The notes: generated by a model not told the origin, from the letters alone. A stretch of 64,000 nucleotides of DNA from Lama glama (GCA_028534125.1 CM052817.1:72294001-72358000), one strand, 5' to 3'; shown: positions 12,152-24,454, numbered from the stretch's first letter. Made by a program: numbers and translations.

Positions 12152-13746
12152 TTTTTATTTTTTATTTTATTTTTTTAATCCCTATAAATGGGAAATATAA
12201 TTTATTTAATTACCTCACTTTGTTAACATTTTTTATTGAGTTATAGTCATTTTACAATGTTCTGTCAAATTCCACTGTACAGCACAATTTTTCAGTTAGA
12301 CATGAACATACATATATTCATTGGCACATTTTTTTTTGCTGTGAGCTNNNNNNNNNNNNNNNNNNNNNNNNNNNNNNNNNNNNNNNNNNNNNNNNNNNNN
12401 NNNNNNNNNNNNNNNNNNNNNNNNNNNNNNNNNNNNNNNNNNNNNNNATGGCTGAATAGTATTCCATTGTATAAATATACCACTTCTTCTTTATCCAGTC
12501 ATCTGTTGGTGGATATTGAGGCTGTTTCCATGTCTTGGCTATTGTAAATAGTGTTGCTATGAACATTGGGGTACAGGTGTCTTTTTGAAGTAGGGTTCCT
12601 TCTGGATATATGCCCAGGAGCAGGATTCCTGGGTCATATGGTAAGTCTATTCCTAGTCTTTTGAGGAATCTCCACACTGTTTTCCATAGTGGCTGCACCA
12701 AACTGCATTCCCACCATCAGTGTAGGAGAGTTCCCCTTTCTCCACAGCCTCTCCAGCATTTGTCATTTGTGGACTTTTGAATGATGGCCATTGTGACTGG
12801 TGTGAGGTGATACCTCATGGTAGTTTTGATTTGCATTTCTCTGATAGTGATATTGAGCATTTTTTTTAAATGGAAAGATATTCCATGCTCCTGGATTGGA
12901 AAAATCAATATTGTTAAAATGGTCATACTGCCCAATGCAATCTACAGATTTAATGCAATCTCTATCAAATTATCCAGAACATATTTCACAGAACTAGAAC
13001 AAGTCATAATAAAATTTATAGGGAACCACAAAAGACCTAGAATTGCTAAAGTATTACTGAAGAAAAAGAAAGGCTCAAGGAATAACTCTCCCAGACTTCA
13101 GACAATACTATAGAGCTACAGTAATCAAGACAGCATTGTATTGGTACAAAAACAGACATATAGACCAATGGAACAGAATAGAGAGCCCAGAAATGAACCC
13201 ACAAACTTTTGGTCAACTAATCTTCAACAAAGGAGGCAAGAATATACAATGGAATAAAGACAGTCTCTTCAGCAAATGGTGTTGGGAAAACTGGACAGCA
13301 GCATGTTAAACAATGAAACTAGAACACTCCCTTACACCATACACAAAAATAAACTCAAAATCGATCAAAGACTTAAACATAAGATAAGATACAATAAACC
13401 TCCTAGAAGAAAATATAGGCAAAATATTATCTTATATACATCTCAACAGTGTTCTCCTAGGGCAGTCTACCCAAGCAATAGAAATTAAAGCAAGAATAAA
13501 CAAATGGGACCTAAAGAAACTTACAACCTTCTGCACAGCAAAGGAAACCATAAGTAAAACAAAACGACAACTTACGGAATGGGAATAAATTTTTGCAAAT
13601 GATGAAACTGACAAAGGCTTGATCTCCAGAATATATAAGCATCTCATACGACATAATAAAGAAAAATCAAGCAACCCAATCCAAAAATGGGCAGAAGACC
13701 TAAACAAGCAATTCTCCAAGGAGGAAATACAAATGATCAATAGGCA
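12152..13746 (-). mobile_element. Young L1 insertion, 5'-truncated, with 5' inversion (12868-13746 on +) and probable 3' transduction (12177-12222)
   Basis: ORF2 C-terminal peptides on both strands: [13 protein letters not shown] and [15 protein letters not shown] on -, [18 protein letters not shown] and [21 protein letters not shown] on +. T-rich tail at 12152-12176. Perfect TSD TATTTCTAGTTTTA at 12138-12151 and 13747-13760. Confidence 0.93.
12348..12447. other. Assembly gap (100 N) inside the L1 3' region
   Basis: Exactly 100 N. Confidence 0.99.
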
Positions 13747-13817
13747 TATTTCTAGTTTTAAATCCCTCCATCTGTTAGTGGGCATCAGAATAGTGGTTGA
13801 GAATATCTGACTTGAGT

Positions 13818-14284
13818 TTGCAGCAACATGGATGGACCTAGAGATTATTATACTAAGTAAAGTCAGGCAGAGAAAACCAAATATCCTATGTTATCACTTA
13901 TATGTGAAATCTAAAAAATCGACATAGATGAACTTATTTACGAAACAGAAACAGACTCACAGACAGAGAATAAACTTATGGTTACCAAAGGGGAAGAGGG
14001 GTACACATTAGGATTTGGGGATTCGCAGATACAAACTACTATATATAAAGTAGATAAACAACAAAAACCTAGTGTATAGCACAGAGAATTATGTTCAATT
14101 TCTTGTAATGAGCTGTAATGGAGAATAAATCAAATATATGTAAGTATGTATGTGTATGTATAACTGAATCTCTTTGCTGTACTCCTGAAAATAACTTTAT
14201 GTATTGACTACATTTCAATTAAAAATAAGAATTTTTTAAAAACTTGAAAATAACAGTGAAAAAAGTGTACGTCACTAAAAAAAA
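13818..14284 (+). mobile_element. L1 3' end (older subfamily) inserted into a MIR
   Basis: gcagcaacatggatggacctagagattat...acagaaacagactcacagac...ataactgaatctctttgctgtac. A-tail at 14277-14285. Degenerate TSD AGAATATCT at 13800-13808 and 14285-14293. Confidence 0.88.
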
Positions 14285-14299
14285 AGAATATCTAATTTA

Positions 14300-14475
14300 G
14301 TAACTGGGAGTTTAGGCATATTTCTTAACTTTCAAAAGCCTCTGTTTTATCACTATTATGTGAGAATAGCAGTACTTAATTTATTGAGATTTTTGTGATT
14401 CAATGGATTAGTTACTACAGAGCTTTTGGCACAGAACCTGGCATGTGGTAACCACTCAAAAGGCTTAATCATATA
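14300..14475 (+). mobile_element. MIR relic (3' part, interrupted by the L1)
   Basis: ttaggcatatttcttaactt...ggcacagaacctggcatgtggtaaccactcaa. Confidence 0.6.
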
Positions 14476-14519
14476 ATAATAATTATTATTATACTAATTC
14501 ACAGATAAGTTTCTAGGAA

Positions 14520-15290
14520 ATGAAATCTCTACATGCAATCTCCATTTCTTCAGTCTCCTAGTTACTCTTTAATTTAATCAACATCACCTAAAGGCTACAT
14601 TAAAATTCTTCTCACTAAAGTTGCTGATGGCTTTCAAATTAAAATGATTTATTGGACATTTTTATATTCTCCAGCTTGACCTTTCTACAGCTTTGAGCCT
14701 AATGACTGCTTCCTCTTTTGAAAAACTCATCTACCTTGGTTTCTATGATACTAATCTTTTTTTTTTTCAGCCTTTTTCCTGTTTCTCCAGAAACTCCATA
14801 GTCCTTTTCTTGAGTCTTCTTTCCTTTCCTTTTTTTTTTTTTAATTTGGATGCCCTAAAAGTGTTTCTTTAAATCTTTGCTTTCTTAACCTTGTATGTTC
14901 TCTTTATGCTAAATTTCAGATCTTCCCAGGCTCTGATGACTTCCAAATCTTTGCAACCTAAATTCTATTTATTGTACCCCATTCACTGGAATGTTTCCAC
15001 TTGGATCTCCTATTGCCATCTGAAATGCAACATGCCCATACTTAATAAAAATATTTCCTTAATAAAAAATTCCCCTTTCTCATCCTGAAGCATTCTTTTT
15101 ATTGTACTTCCTTACTTTTTGAGAAACCAAGACAAAAACCTGGATAAAATTGTAGTCACCCCTCTCATACCTCGAGAGCAGCCAAGTTATAGAGACCCTA
15201 CCTTCCACATAATCCCTTTTGTCTTTACTGAAGTTTAGTTGATTTACAATGTGTTAGTTTCTGGTGTTCAGCAAAGTGATTCAGTTATAC

Positions 15291-15338
<48 letters not shown>

Positions 15339-16270
15339 TTTTATATTCTTTTTCATTATAGGTTATTACAAGATATTGAATGTAGTTCCCTGTGCTTTAG
15401 AGTAGGTCCTTATTTTTCATCTAGTTTATGTGTAGTAGTGTGTATCTGCTGATCCCAAACTCCTAATTTATCCCTTCCCCCCCTTTCCCCTTTGGTAACC
15501 ATACATTTGTTTTCTATGTGTTTGAGTCTCTTTCAGTTTCATAAATAACTTAATCTGCATCATTTTTTAGATCCCACATAAAAGTGCTATCATATGATAT
15601 TTGTTTTTCTCTGTCTGACTTATTTCACTTACTACGATCATCTCTAGGTCCATCCGCACATCCTTTTTTAAAGCCAACTCTTCCTTTCCATCCTACCCAT
15701 TGACAAGGCCTCTGGCCTTTCCATTAAACTTTTACAGCTTTTCTCTGCTTCTAGTCTTTCAGTTTACCCTCCACACTGCTCACAGAGTAATCTTTTAACT
15801 AGAAATCTTAAATTATTTTCATATCAGAGAGGAAGAAGAATCCTGAAAGTACTAAGGCTAATGCACAAGGCCTTTAATCCTCTGCCCCACCTCACCTGCC
15901 ACCCTGCCCTGACCTACTTCTCCAATTCCTCTCCTCTTTCATTTTTTCTCTGGTCTCTTGTTGGAGGTAGTCTTAGCCCCTTTACTTTCTCTCTAGCTCT
16001 ATCCTGCCATTTTTCAAACTTAACTCAAGAATTTTGTTCTCTTAGAGAGCCTCTTGAATCCTCCCCATGCTGTAGTACAATTTAGATGTCTCTCCTTTGT
16101 ATTCCAGTGGCACCTTGTGCATACAGCCATTACAAAACCCAGTTATTTCCCAACTGAAATACCTATCAGCAGTCTCACATTAGACCACAGAGTTCCCGAG
16201 GATGGATGTCATCTTTAGAATCCCAGCAATTAGCTCACTACCTGACAGACCATCGCCGCTCAATATTCAT
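14520..16270 (+). mobile_element. L2 LINE relic interrupted by an L1 at ~15220-15655
   Basis: Pyrimidine-rich L2-like segments: cttgacctttctacagctttgag, tttccacttggatctcc, ccacactgctcacagagtaatctttt; 3' end cccagcaattagctcactacctgac...gctcaata. Confidence 0.6.
15220..15655 (-). mobile_element. L1 3' UTR fragment containing an (AT)n tract (15297-15334)
   Basis: tgaagtttagttgatttacaatgtgttagtttctggtgttcagcaaagtgattcagttatac...tctctaggtccatcc. Confidence 0.9.
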
Positions 16271-18559
16271 TTACAAAGATGACAATTCACAAGCAAGTCT
16301 GTTGCTTTTCCTGTTGTATCATGTGGCCTGTATATAACTATGCATTTATAGGGAGTGCTTTAGTACTGTGTGCACACTAAATAGTTCTCAAAGGTGTTTA
16401 AACATTGACTTGAGAGTCCTGTCCCTAATATTACTATTAAACTACTATCTTACCCTACCTATTTAAATTCATTGAACCTCATTTTTTATATCCATTGAAT
16501 CAGGAGATTAAACCAGCTACTTTTTAGTTACTCTATAAAAACAAATTCCTTACAATATTTATTTCATTGTTTAATTAATTGAGTGATTCTAAATTACATA
16601 AAGATATATGAAATAGTAGGAGGGTGTGTGCCCTGCTGAGTATATTCCTCTATTTTCACCTTTATTTTGTTTACCTTTCCTTTTCCATTTACTGACACAT
16701 TCATGCCATTTTCCAATCTAAGAGTATAGCACCTTATTTATATGTAATAGCAACATCATAAATTGCTTGATCTATTGAAAACAATAAACTAAATATGTTA
16801 CAGAAAAGAAACTGGGGCCTTTCATTGGTTTTATCTCTTTCAAGATGACAGGTGATCTCGGGAGGGCCGAGAATTCTTAGTTGTATGAGTTTGTGACTAA
16901 TAGGTGGTTTGATGTGACAAGAGCTGGCTGTCTTGGGAAATTGAACTCTCTTTATGCTCGATACCCTTTGTGTCTCATTCTTTGTAGGTTATTGTTGGAG
17001 GCCTGCGGGGACCTCTTTTACAGTTTGCATTCAGAGGCAATATGAGATCAGCAAGAACTCTGGAGTTTTACTGTCATTATTGATCTGCTGCCGTTCCATT
17101 CGGTAGCTAATTTGCTTGTTAGCAGTTATTTTAAAAGCTATTTATAGTTTTAGCATGATCTATGTTATGTACTAAATTTTTTTTTTGCCAAATTAAACAA
17201 AGTAGTGCAACCTAGTACTAATAGACTACTTTATGCTAAATATTTTCTGATTTGTGGCTTGTGAATAATCATTTTGAAATCGCAAATATATAACTGTGAG
17301 TTTGATATCTTTGGTAAGTTCAAACAAAAGAAAAATAGTGAATGTATTCACCAGAAAATATCATTTGTTAAATACCTCTTGGCCAATGAAACTTTTTTAT
17401 ATATAAATAGAAGGAAGGGTGATGTATTAGGAATTCATGAACACTGTTCCTGAAGTTGGGATTTATTTGAAGTCAAACACTCAATAAGTGTGCGAGTTGA
17501 TTGACTGATTCTTGGTTCTGACAGTGACCAGAAGGCACCCTTTTTATTCAGACCAACTGTTGACAGACAAAAAGCCTATTACTGCTTCTCTGGAAAAGGT
17601 GTGCTTCCACTTCCTGAAGCCAGTTTGACACATATGTGAGTGGAATGTGTGCAAGTGTGTGTGTCCCCACCGCAACCACAATGCCTAAATAGGGAAAATC
17701 CATAGCTCCAGGAGAAACCAATAAAAAACAAGCAAAAAAAAAAAACAAAGAGCAGGCTAACATAATATGACATTGCCTCCAATTTAAATATGCCAAATAA
17801 ATAGAACATACTTGGGGTAATTGTGATTGTATAGCTGAGGTTGATACAGGTATATACATTGCGTATATATATATATATCCTCTTGCCAAAAAAGATGAAA
17901 CCAACATTCCAAGTATGAGCACTTGCACTGATGTTAATGCTGCCCCCTACTGGCAGGGTAGGGATGGGTAGCGTTATCAAGCTTAGACATGTAAAGGCGT
18001 AGATTTTGATCCTCAGGCAATAAAAGGAACAGGACGTGTGGAGTTGCCATAGCATGACAAAGTGTAACTGAAAACGTTGCGTAAAATTTGAAGCATCAAA
18101 ATAGCTGTAAAGACACTAGTGACCAGAAGAAAGTTCCTATGAGAATTCACTGCATGCACATTCACATATTCCAAACTAAGAAACAAACAACGGGAACAAC
18201 AAAAATGGTCTCTGGGTAGTGATGCCTGGCAGACGCGAATGTAAAATTGTTCTGGAGATGACTTGCTCAGTTTAGGGCACAAGGGATTATCTCAAGAAAA
18301 ATGGAGACACTACAGAAAAGAAGATTTGGTTGTGGAAGGGAAGGAAATAGAATTTCTAGAAGTGAAAAGTTACCCAAGGAGATAGAAATATCAATGGAAG
18401 TGTTTAAAAAGAGATCAGAATCATCTGAAGAAAGTCAGAAAAGTGAAGGAGTGATTTGGGGAAATTACTGACATTGTAGCATAACTACAAATAATTATAC
18501 TAATAAATTAACGAATAAAAACATATAAATAAAACCACAGTCTGTGGATTGCACTGTGA

Positions 18560-18960
18560 TATTTGCATCCCACAAAAATTACAAAAAAATTGGCCTGCAG
18601 AATAGTCACAGGGCCTTTGCAACTCATTAAGGAAGAGTTGAACAGCTCATAGAAAATAGGAGGAGAATATGAGCAGGAAATTCAGAGGAGGAAACCAAGC
18701 AGACAATAGGATAAAAAATATGTCCAACCTTAATAGTAACCAAACTAATTACTATGAAATAATACAACATGAAGTTTCATACCTCTCAGAGCAACAGTAC
18801 TAAGACGTTGGCAAGGGGGATGGGGTGGAAATGGGAATTCATAGAACTTAAGTGATTGCAACGGCTTTAGAGAGCAATTAGGCAGCATCTTTATAGTCAA
18901 GATAATAAAATGTTGCTCAAGCTGTGTGTGTGTGTGCATGTGTGCGTGTATAGAAAAAAG
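18560..18960 (+). mobile_element. Ancient L1M(E)-like ORF2 3' relic
   Basis: Diverged matches to the L1 ORF2 C-terminal region (aacagctcatagaaaatagg, tgtccaaccttaatagtaacc, ctttagagagcaattaggca). Confidence 0.5.
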
Positions 18961-19274
18961 TATTTTCAGGTACATATTCTGTCATATATTGAAAATGCAT
19001 AAAACTAAAGTATATGCTTAGTAAAGGGCTGTCACTCTGACATTTTTAAAACGGGCATGTCCCTTTAAGAATGCTTTAGATAAATAACCACAATTACTGG
19101 AAAGAATCATTTGCATAAATGGGGCTCTCATTTTAGAATAGATTCTACTTGGATAGCTACATTAAGTCAGGCCTAAGTACAAAGCTTAGGAAATTCTTGT
19201 GACTATATGATTTCTAAAAAATTGTCACAGACCCAAGAATCATGTAGTTTAACACATGTATTAATGGATGTTGG

Positions 19275-19460
19275 TTTTTTTCAGCTAAATATTCATTGAA
19301 GTATAGCTGATGTATGATATTATGTAAGTTAAAGATGTACAATATAGTGATTCACAATTTTTAAAGGTTATACTTCATTTATAGTTATTATAAAATTCGG
19401 CTATAGTCCCCGTGGAGTATAATATATCCTTGTTGCTTATTTTATACTTAATAGTTGGTA
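19275..19460 (-). mobile_element. Short L1 3' end fragment
   Basis: attgaagtatagctgatgtatgatattatgtaagtt...tacaatatagtgattcacaatttttaaaggttatac. Confidence 0.8.
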
Positions 19461-20711
19461 CAAAACATTCATGCAGATAAAGACTGCTAACTTCCATGCA
19501 CAGTACCATCGCAAATAATCCACCCGTAAATATGCCTTCCCACTCGAATTGCTTCTCTTCTGTACTTGTTCTTTCATCTTCTCATCTGGAAGAGAAATAA
19601 TTCTTTTTTCCAAATGCTAGCTTTGACCTCTGTCATTTGAATTCCAAGATGGAGAGGCATTATAGAGAGTTCCTAAACTTTGTTTCTTTTGAGAAACCTT
19701 TTCCCCACTCTGGGCTTTCAAACATGTCCAGCTCATTCTTTGGAAGAATAAGAAGGAACATAAACTTCATTTGTATCTATTAACTCTGTAATCTGTTCTC
19801 TTTCTTTCATTTACTTCTTTTCTGCACTAGGGAGGATCTAATTTTAATGACGACAAAGTTTTAGTGAAACATAAGATAAAACTGAGCAAATAATGTTTTA
19901 AAATGCTAAGTTATGGTAAATGTTTAAAGCCTAGATTTCCTAGGGAAATTTTAAAATACCTAGATCTGTTGTATAGTTCTGTCTTCCCTGGGTAGGACTT
20001 AAAAATACTTACTCCCACTTTGGGTCTGGTTAAATAGGCAGATACCTCAATGGAAACTGTATTTGAGGAAATTCCAGGGCTTTAAACTGGTTTATTCACA
20101 TTCCTGCAGGTTCAGAAAGATGTTTATGTGCTATGAGGGCACGGGTAGTATGGAGGGAGTCAATTTTTTAAATCCTCCCCTATGATATTTACTCTTTTCT
20201 AAAGCTGATCTGTTGTAGAACAAGCCTGGAACTGAAGCATCTCACAGATTCTCGTTTCTTGCATTTTTTCAGTTACCCTTTCCACACTCTACAAAGTAAG
20301 ACACACCTCTCACCCATCCTGACTCTTAATAAGATACCGTGGCAAGAGGTATATAAGAAGGCACAAATCACTATTTAGGTACCTGGCAGAGCCCTCTTTA
20401 TCAAGACATGAACAAAACACGGTATGACTTCATATCTTTCTGTGTCTTATACACATGCCTGTTAAGGCTGAATTATGCCATTAGAAAGAGGCTATCTAAG
20501 TTCACGTCGGGATATGGTGAACTAGATATACTGTATGGCAGTGATGGCATCTTCATTTAAGGGTCTCACTTGCTTCATCCCTCAACATGGTAAAAGAACG
20601 CAGAGTTTCTCAGAGAATACCCTGAGGGCAAGAGGGAGCTTCAGTAAGAAACATGACTTGTCGTTTCTATCTGCCTATATCTCTCTTTCTAAGTTCTGCC
20701 TACATTTTCAC

Positions 20712-22000
20712 TTTTATTTTTTCATTACATTTTTTATTATATACATTTCAGAGGTACAGCATTATAATTGGACATCCATATATGTCACAAAGTGATCACC
20801 GCCACAAGTCTGGCATCACCATAAAGTGGACCCTCTTCATTCATTTTGCCCACATCCCAACACCCTTCCACTCTAGTAACCACCAATCTGTTCTCTGTAT
20901 CTATGAGTTTGTTTTTGTTTTATTTTGCTTTTCATTTTTGTTTTTTTTTACATTCCACATTTATGTGAAACCATATAGTATTTGTCTTTATCCATCTGAC
21001 ATACTTCACTTAGCATAATACCTTCAAGGTCCACCCATGTTGTCTCAAATGGCAGGATTTCATTCTTTTTTATAGCTGAGTAGTATTCCATTTTATATAA
21101 GACTCCAGACTAAGTCTGGAGGGGTAAATGTATGTATGCATATATATATATATACTATTGAAAATAATGCTGCACTCAGAAGTGGAATTGCTGGATTTCA
21201 TGTTAGTTCTATTCTTAATTTTAGAGAATTAGATTTACTTAGAAAAGAATCTCCACACTGTCTTTCCTAGTGGCTACACCAATTTACAGTCCTACCAACA
21301 GTGCACAAAGGGATTCCCTTTTCTCCATATCCTCTTCAACATTTCTTATTTTTTGTTTCTAAAAATAAGCATTCCCACAGCTGTATGGTAACATTTCCTT
21401 GTTTTGATTTGTATTTCCCTAATTAGTGATGTTGCCAACACCTTTTCATGTGCCTGCCATCTGTATGTCTTTTTTGGAAAAATATTCAGATCCTCTGACC
21501 ATTTTTTAATTGGGTTGATTTTCTGTTGTAGTCATTGTTGTTGAATTGTTTGAGTTCTTCATAAATTTTGGATATTAACCCCTTATTGGATACATGACTT
21601 ATAAAAATCTTCTCCTATTTAGTAGGTTGCTTTTTTGTTTTAATGATTGTTTCCCTCACTGTACAGAAACATTTTTAGTTTGATGTAGTCCCATTTGTTT
21701 ATTTTTGCTTATATTTCCTTTGCCTTTGGAGTCAGTTTCACATACACATAGCTAAGATGTTAATGAGGTTACTGAGTATGGTTTCTTCTAGGAATTTTAT
21801 GACTTCAGGTCGTTCTTTCAAGTCTCTAATTTATTTTGAGTTAATGTTTGTGTGCAATGTAAGACAGTGGTCTAGTTTCATTCTTTTTCGTGTGGCTGTC
21901 CAGTTTTCCAACACCATTTATTACAGACACTATTCTTTCTCCATTGTATGTTCTTTGCTCCTTTGATATAAATTGTCTAAAAATGTTTGTGTTCATTTTC
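20712..22000 (-). mobile_element. L1 (L1MA-like) 3' UTR and ORF2 3' region
   Basis: ctctagtaaccaccaatctgttctctgtatctatgagttt; agtggctacaccaatttaca; tttagtttgatgtagtcccatttgtttatttttgc; cagttttccaacaccattta. Confidence 0.9.
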
Positions 22001-23029
22001 ACTTTTATGGATGCAAGCATTGAAATACATAGTGCACATAAATAAGCAAATAGTATAATTGTTCTTAATAGGACCTTTAGTAAAATGATGAATAGCTGTG
22101 ATGTTAATTTCCATTCTTGTCTTATTTCAGTCTTAGAGGAAATTTTATTATTTCATCAAACTGATAATGAAGAAAAAAAGAAAGAACCAAAGTTAAGAAT
22201 GATAAGGAAAGAAACAATTCCTACAGACTTATATACTTGAGTTACACAGACATATTTGATAATTTAGATGAAATGGCCAAATTCTCCAAAAAATACTAAT
22301 TTAGAAAAACAGGAAATATATAAATCTATGACTGGTGGTAAAAATAATTGGAAGCCTTCTATTCCTAATTTACTAAGAATTTTCAAATCATGAATTAATG
22401 TTGAATTTCATTAATGCTGTGATCTTCCCCTACTTCTCACTGACCATACTTAAAATGGTAGCCAGGGGACAATGAAGCCCACCCATGCGGTCTGCATGTA
22501 TCAGCCTCCTGGGCACAGGGGAAGGTGGGAAGGAACCATACAGACTGAGCCTCGAGGGGCAAGTACAAGTTACTCAGCACAAGGAATTTGTCTTTTTAAA
22601 GTTTAAAATTAAAATAAAGAAAAAATTTAGTGCAATAGCAAAACCATGATGATTGTAGAAAAAAAGAGGAGCCAAGCAAAATGAATCAACAACTAAAATA
22701 AAACAAACCCATATTCTCACAATTGGAGATAACCACTGTGTGTACCTTGGTATATAATATTTCAGAACAAAAAAGTTTAATCATTGAAATACTTTCTATT
22801 CAGAGGGGCTGGAACAGAGCCAAAGAATAATTATTATGATACAATATGTATGTTTAACTATCTATGTGGTGGGTTCTTGAATCAGTAGTAGATAACTTTT
22901 AAGTGGAATCTCCATTATTAGGAAATAGTGCTTGCATTACCACAGTTAAATATGTAGATGTGTTCTATGGTATTTTTTTTAAAGGAAAGCCAAAATAATA
23001 GTTTTTAGTCACTGCATGCATGTATAAAT

Positions 23030-23046
23030 GTAGATATATACATATA

Positions 23047-23079
<33 letters not shown>

Positions 23080-23128
23080 ATATATGTATGTGTATATATA
23101 TACACATACACACATATACACACACACA
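23030..23128. repeat. Compound (GT)/(TATG)/(TA)/(CA) microsatellite
   Basis: Read directly; source of the ORFs at 22965-23265. Confidence 0.95.
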
Positions 23129-24454
23129 TCAACTGTATTGATTGTTTCCAGTTAACCTCCAAAAACATTGGGGTGAGGCACTGCCTAGAAACAAGGACTC
23201 ATCTGTTTCCTCCAGCTGTTGTGGTGTTTGCATTTTCTTTTTCAAAGATTGCCTTGAAGAATTAGAGCTAATACAACAATCAAAGATAGAGAGCTGTCTG
23301 GGTGACCGGGGCACATCCACTTAGACACAGCATGCTTGATCCTGTTCTTCTTATGCAGACACTAGTGGGAGCTTGTCCTGTGTACAAAGCAGAGGAGCAT
23401 ATTTTCAAATTATTGTGAAGAGTTTCAGAGTTGTATGACAAGATAAAGTGGTATCAAGTTGTTTATTGCAGAATGCCCTCTCCAGGGTTTTAGCCAAAGT
23501 CTTCACACTTCAGGTAGCTTCTCCAGTTTACCAAGAGAGGAGGAGTCGCCCTCCAGCTGGGTGCTGCCTTTTTATGGCTGCTACGGACAGTGGAAAATAA
23601 GGCTTTGTTTTAGAACTTCTATACTCGGTATCACATCCCTGAGTCTTACTCATTTTCTCTCTCCCCACTTGGATTTAAATGGAATTGGATCTCTTCTATA
23701 AAATATATCTTCGATGATATTACATAATGATAGTATGATCAAAAGTGAATTATAATATTTAATTCAAGTCTTCCTTGCTCTTACATCTCTTAATTTTGTA
23801 TTTTCTCTTTTCTGTTTGCTTTCTTTTCTCCCTCTCTCTTCACTCTTATTAGAGAATCATGCCAGTCTGATTAAACTAAGTGAGGTAAGATGCCTCTTTC
23901 TGAAGACCCACTCAGAAAACCAACAGTTAAATATACTAGTGCTCTTAGTATCAAAGTTATTGGAGGTATTTCTTGCCTCCCAAATTATCTACCTGGGAAA
24001 AGGCTACCTGTGCACATGAGGGACAATAGGAAGTGGCCTGGATTCACTGGAGGAAGAACACTGTTATATCCGTATTAAGTGGTATCCTTGGGCAGATGGC
24101 AGCTGGGATCCTATGATGGTCCACCTCAGATCATGCAAGGCAATAAGGGTTTAGAAGGAAACTTGTATATTATCTGACATCTTTGCGTATCATGATGGTT
24201 CACTACCTCTCTATTATAAAATTTTCGACATTTTCCTGCCCACTTCTAAGGAAGTCTTCAGGTATTTATTTATTAAATCAAGCTAAATAAAAAGTAATTT
24301 AATTTTTAGAGTTGATATTTTAGCATCTCTTTAAATAATAGGAGATACATTGGTATTGTTCAAACCAAGAGTTGGAAAACCCATGGTCCTTAGTTTCAAT
24401 ATATTTATTGTACTTTTGAGTGATTTACCAAAAACAGTCTTACTTCAAGTCTAG

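Noticed and set aside
11824..12246. 140-aa ORF
   Set aside because: Phe/Ser/Ile-rich product of T-rich DNA that runs through an L1 tail; no homology or splice support.
12318..13810. ORFs with L1 ORF2 similarity as functional CDS
   Set aside because: Truncated, inverted and frame-disrupted; no endonuclease or RT core. Recorded as a mobile element.
17548..18055. Longest ORFs in the track (126 and 158 aa, minus strand)
   Set aside because: Overlap in different frames, cross A-runs and a TA repeat, and show no recognisable domain.
23420..23700. Possible old minus-strand LTR (tttatt at ~23462, ttttatg at ~23571)
   Set aside because: No clear termini or TSD and no family I can recognise.
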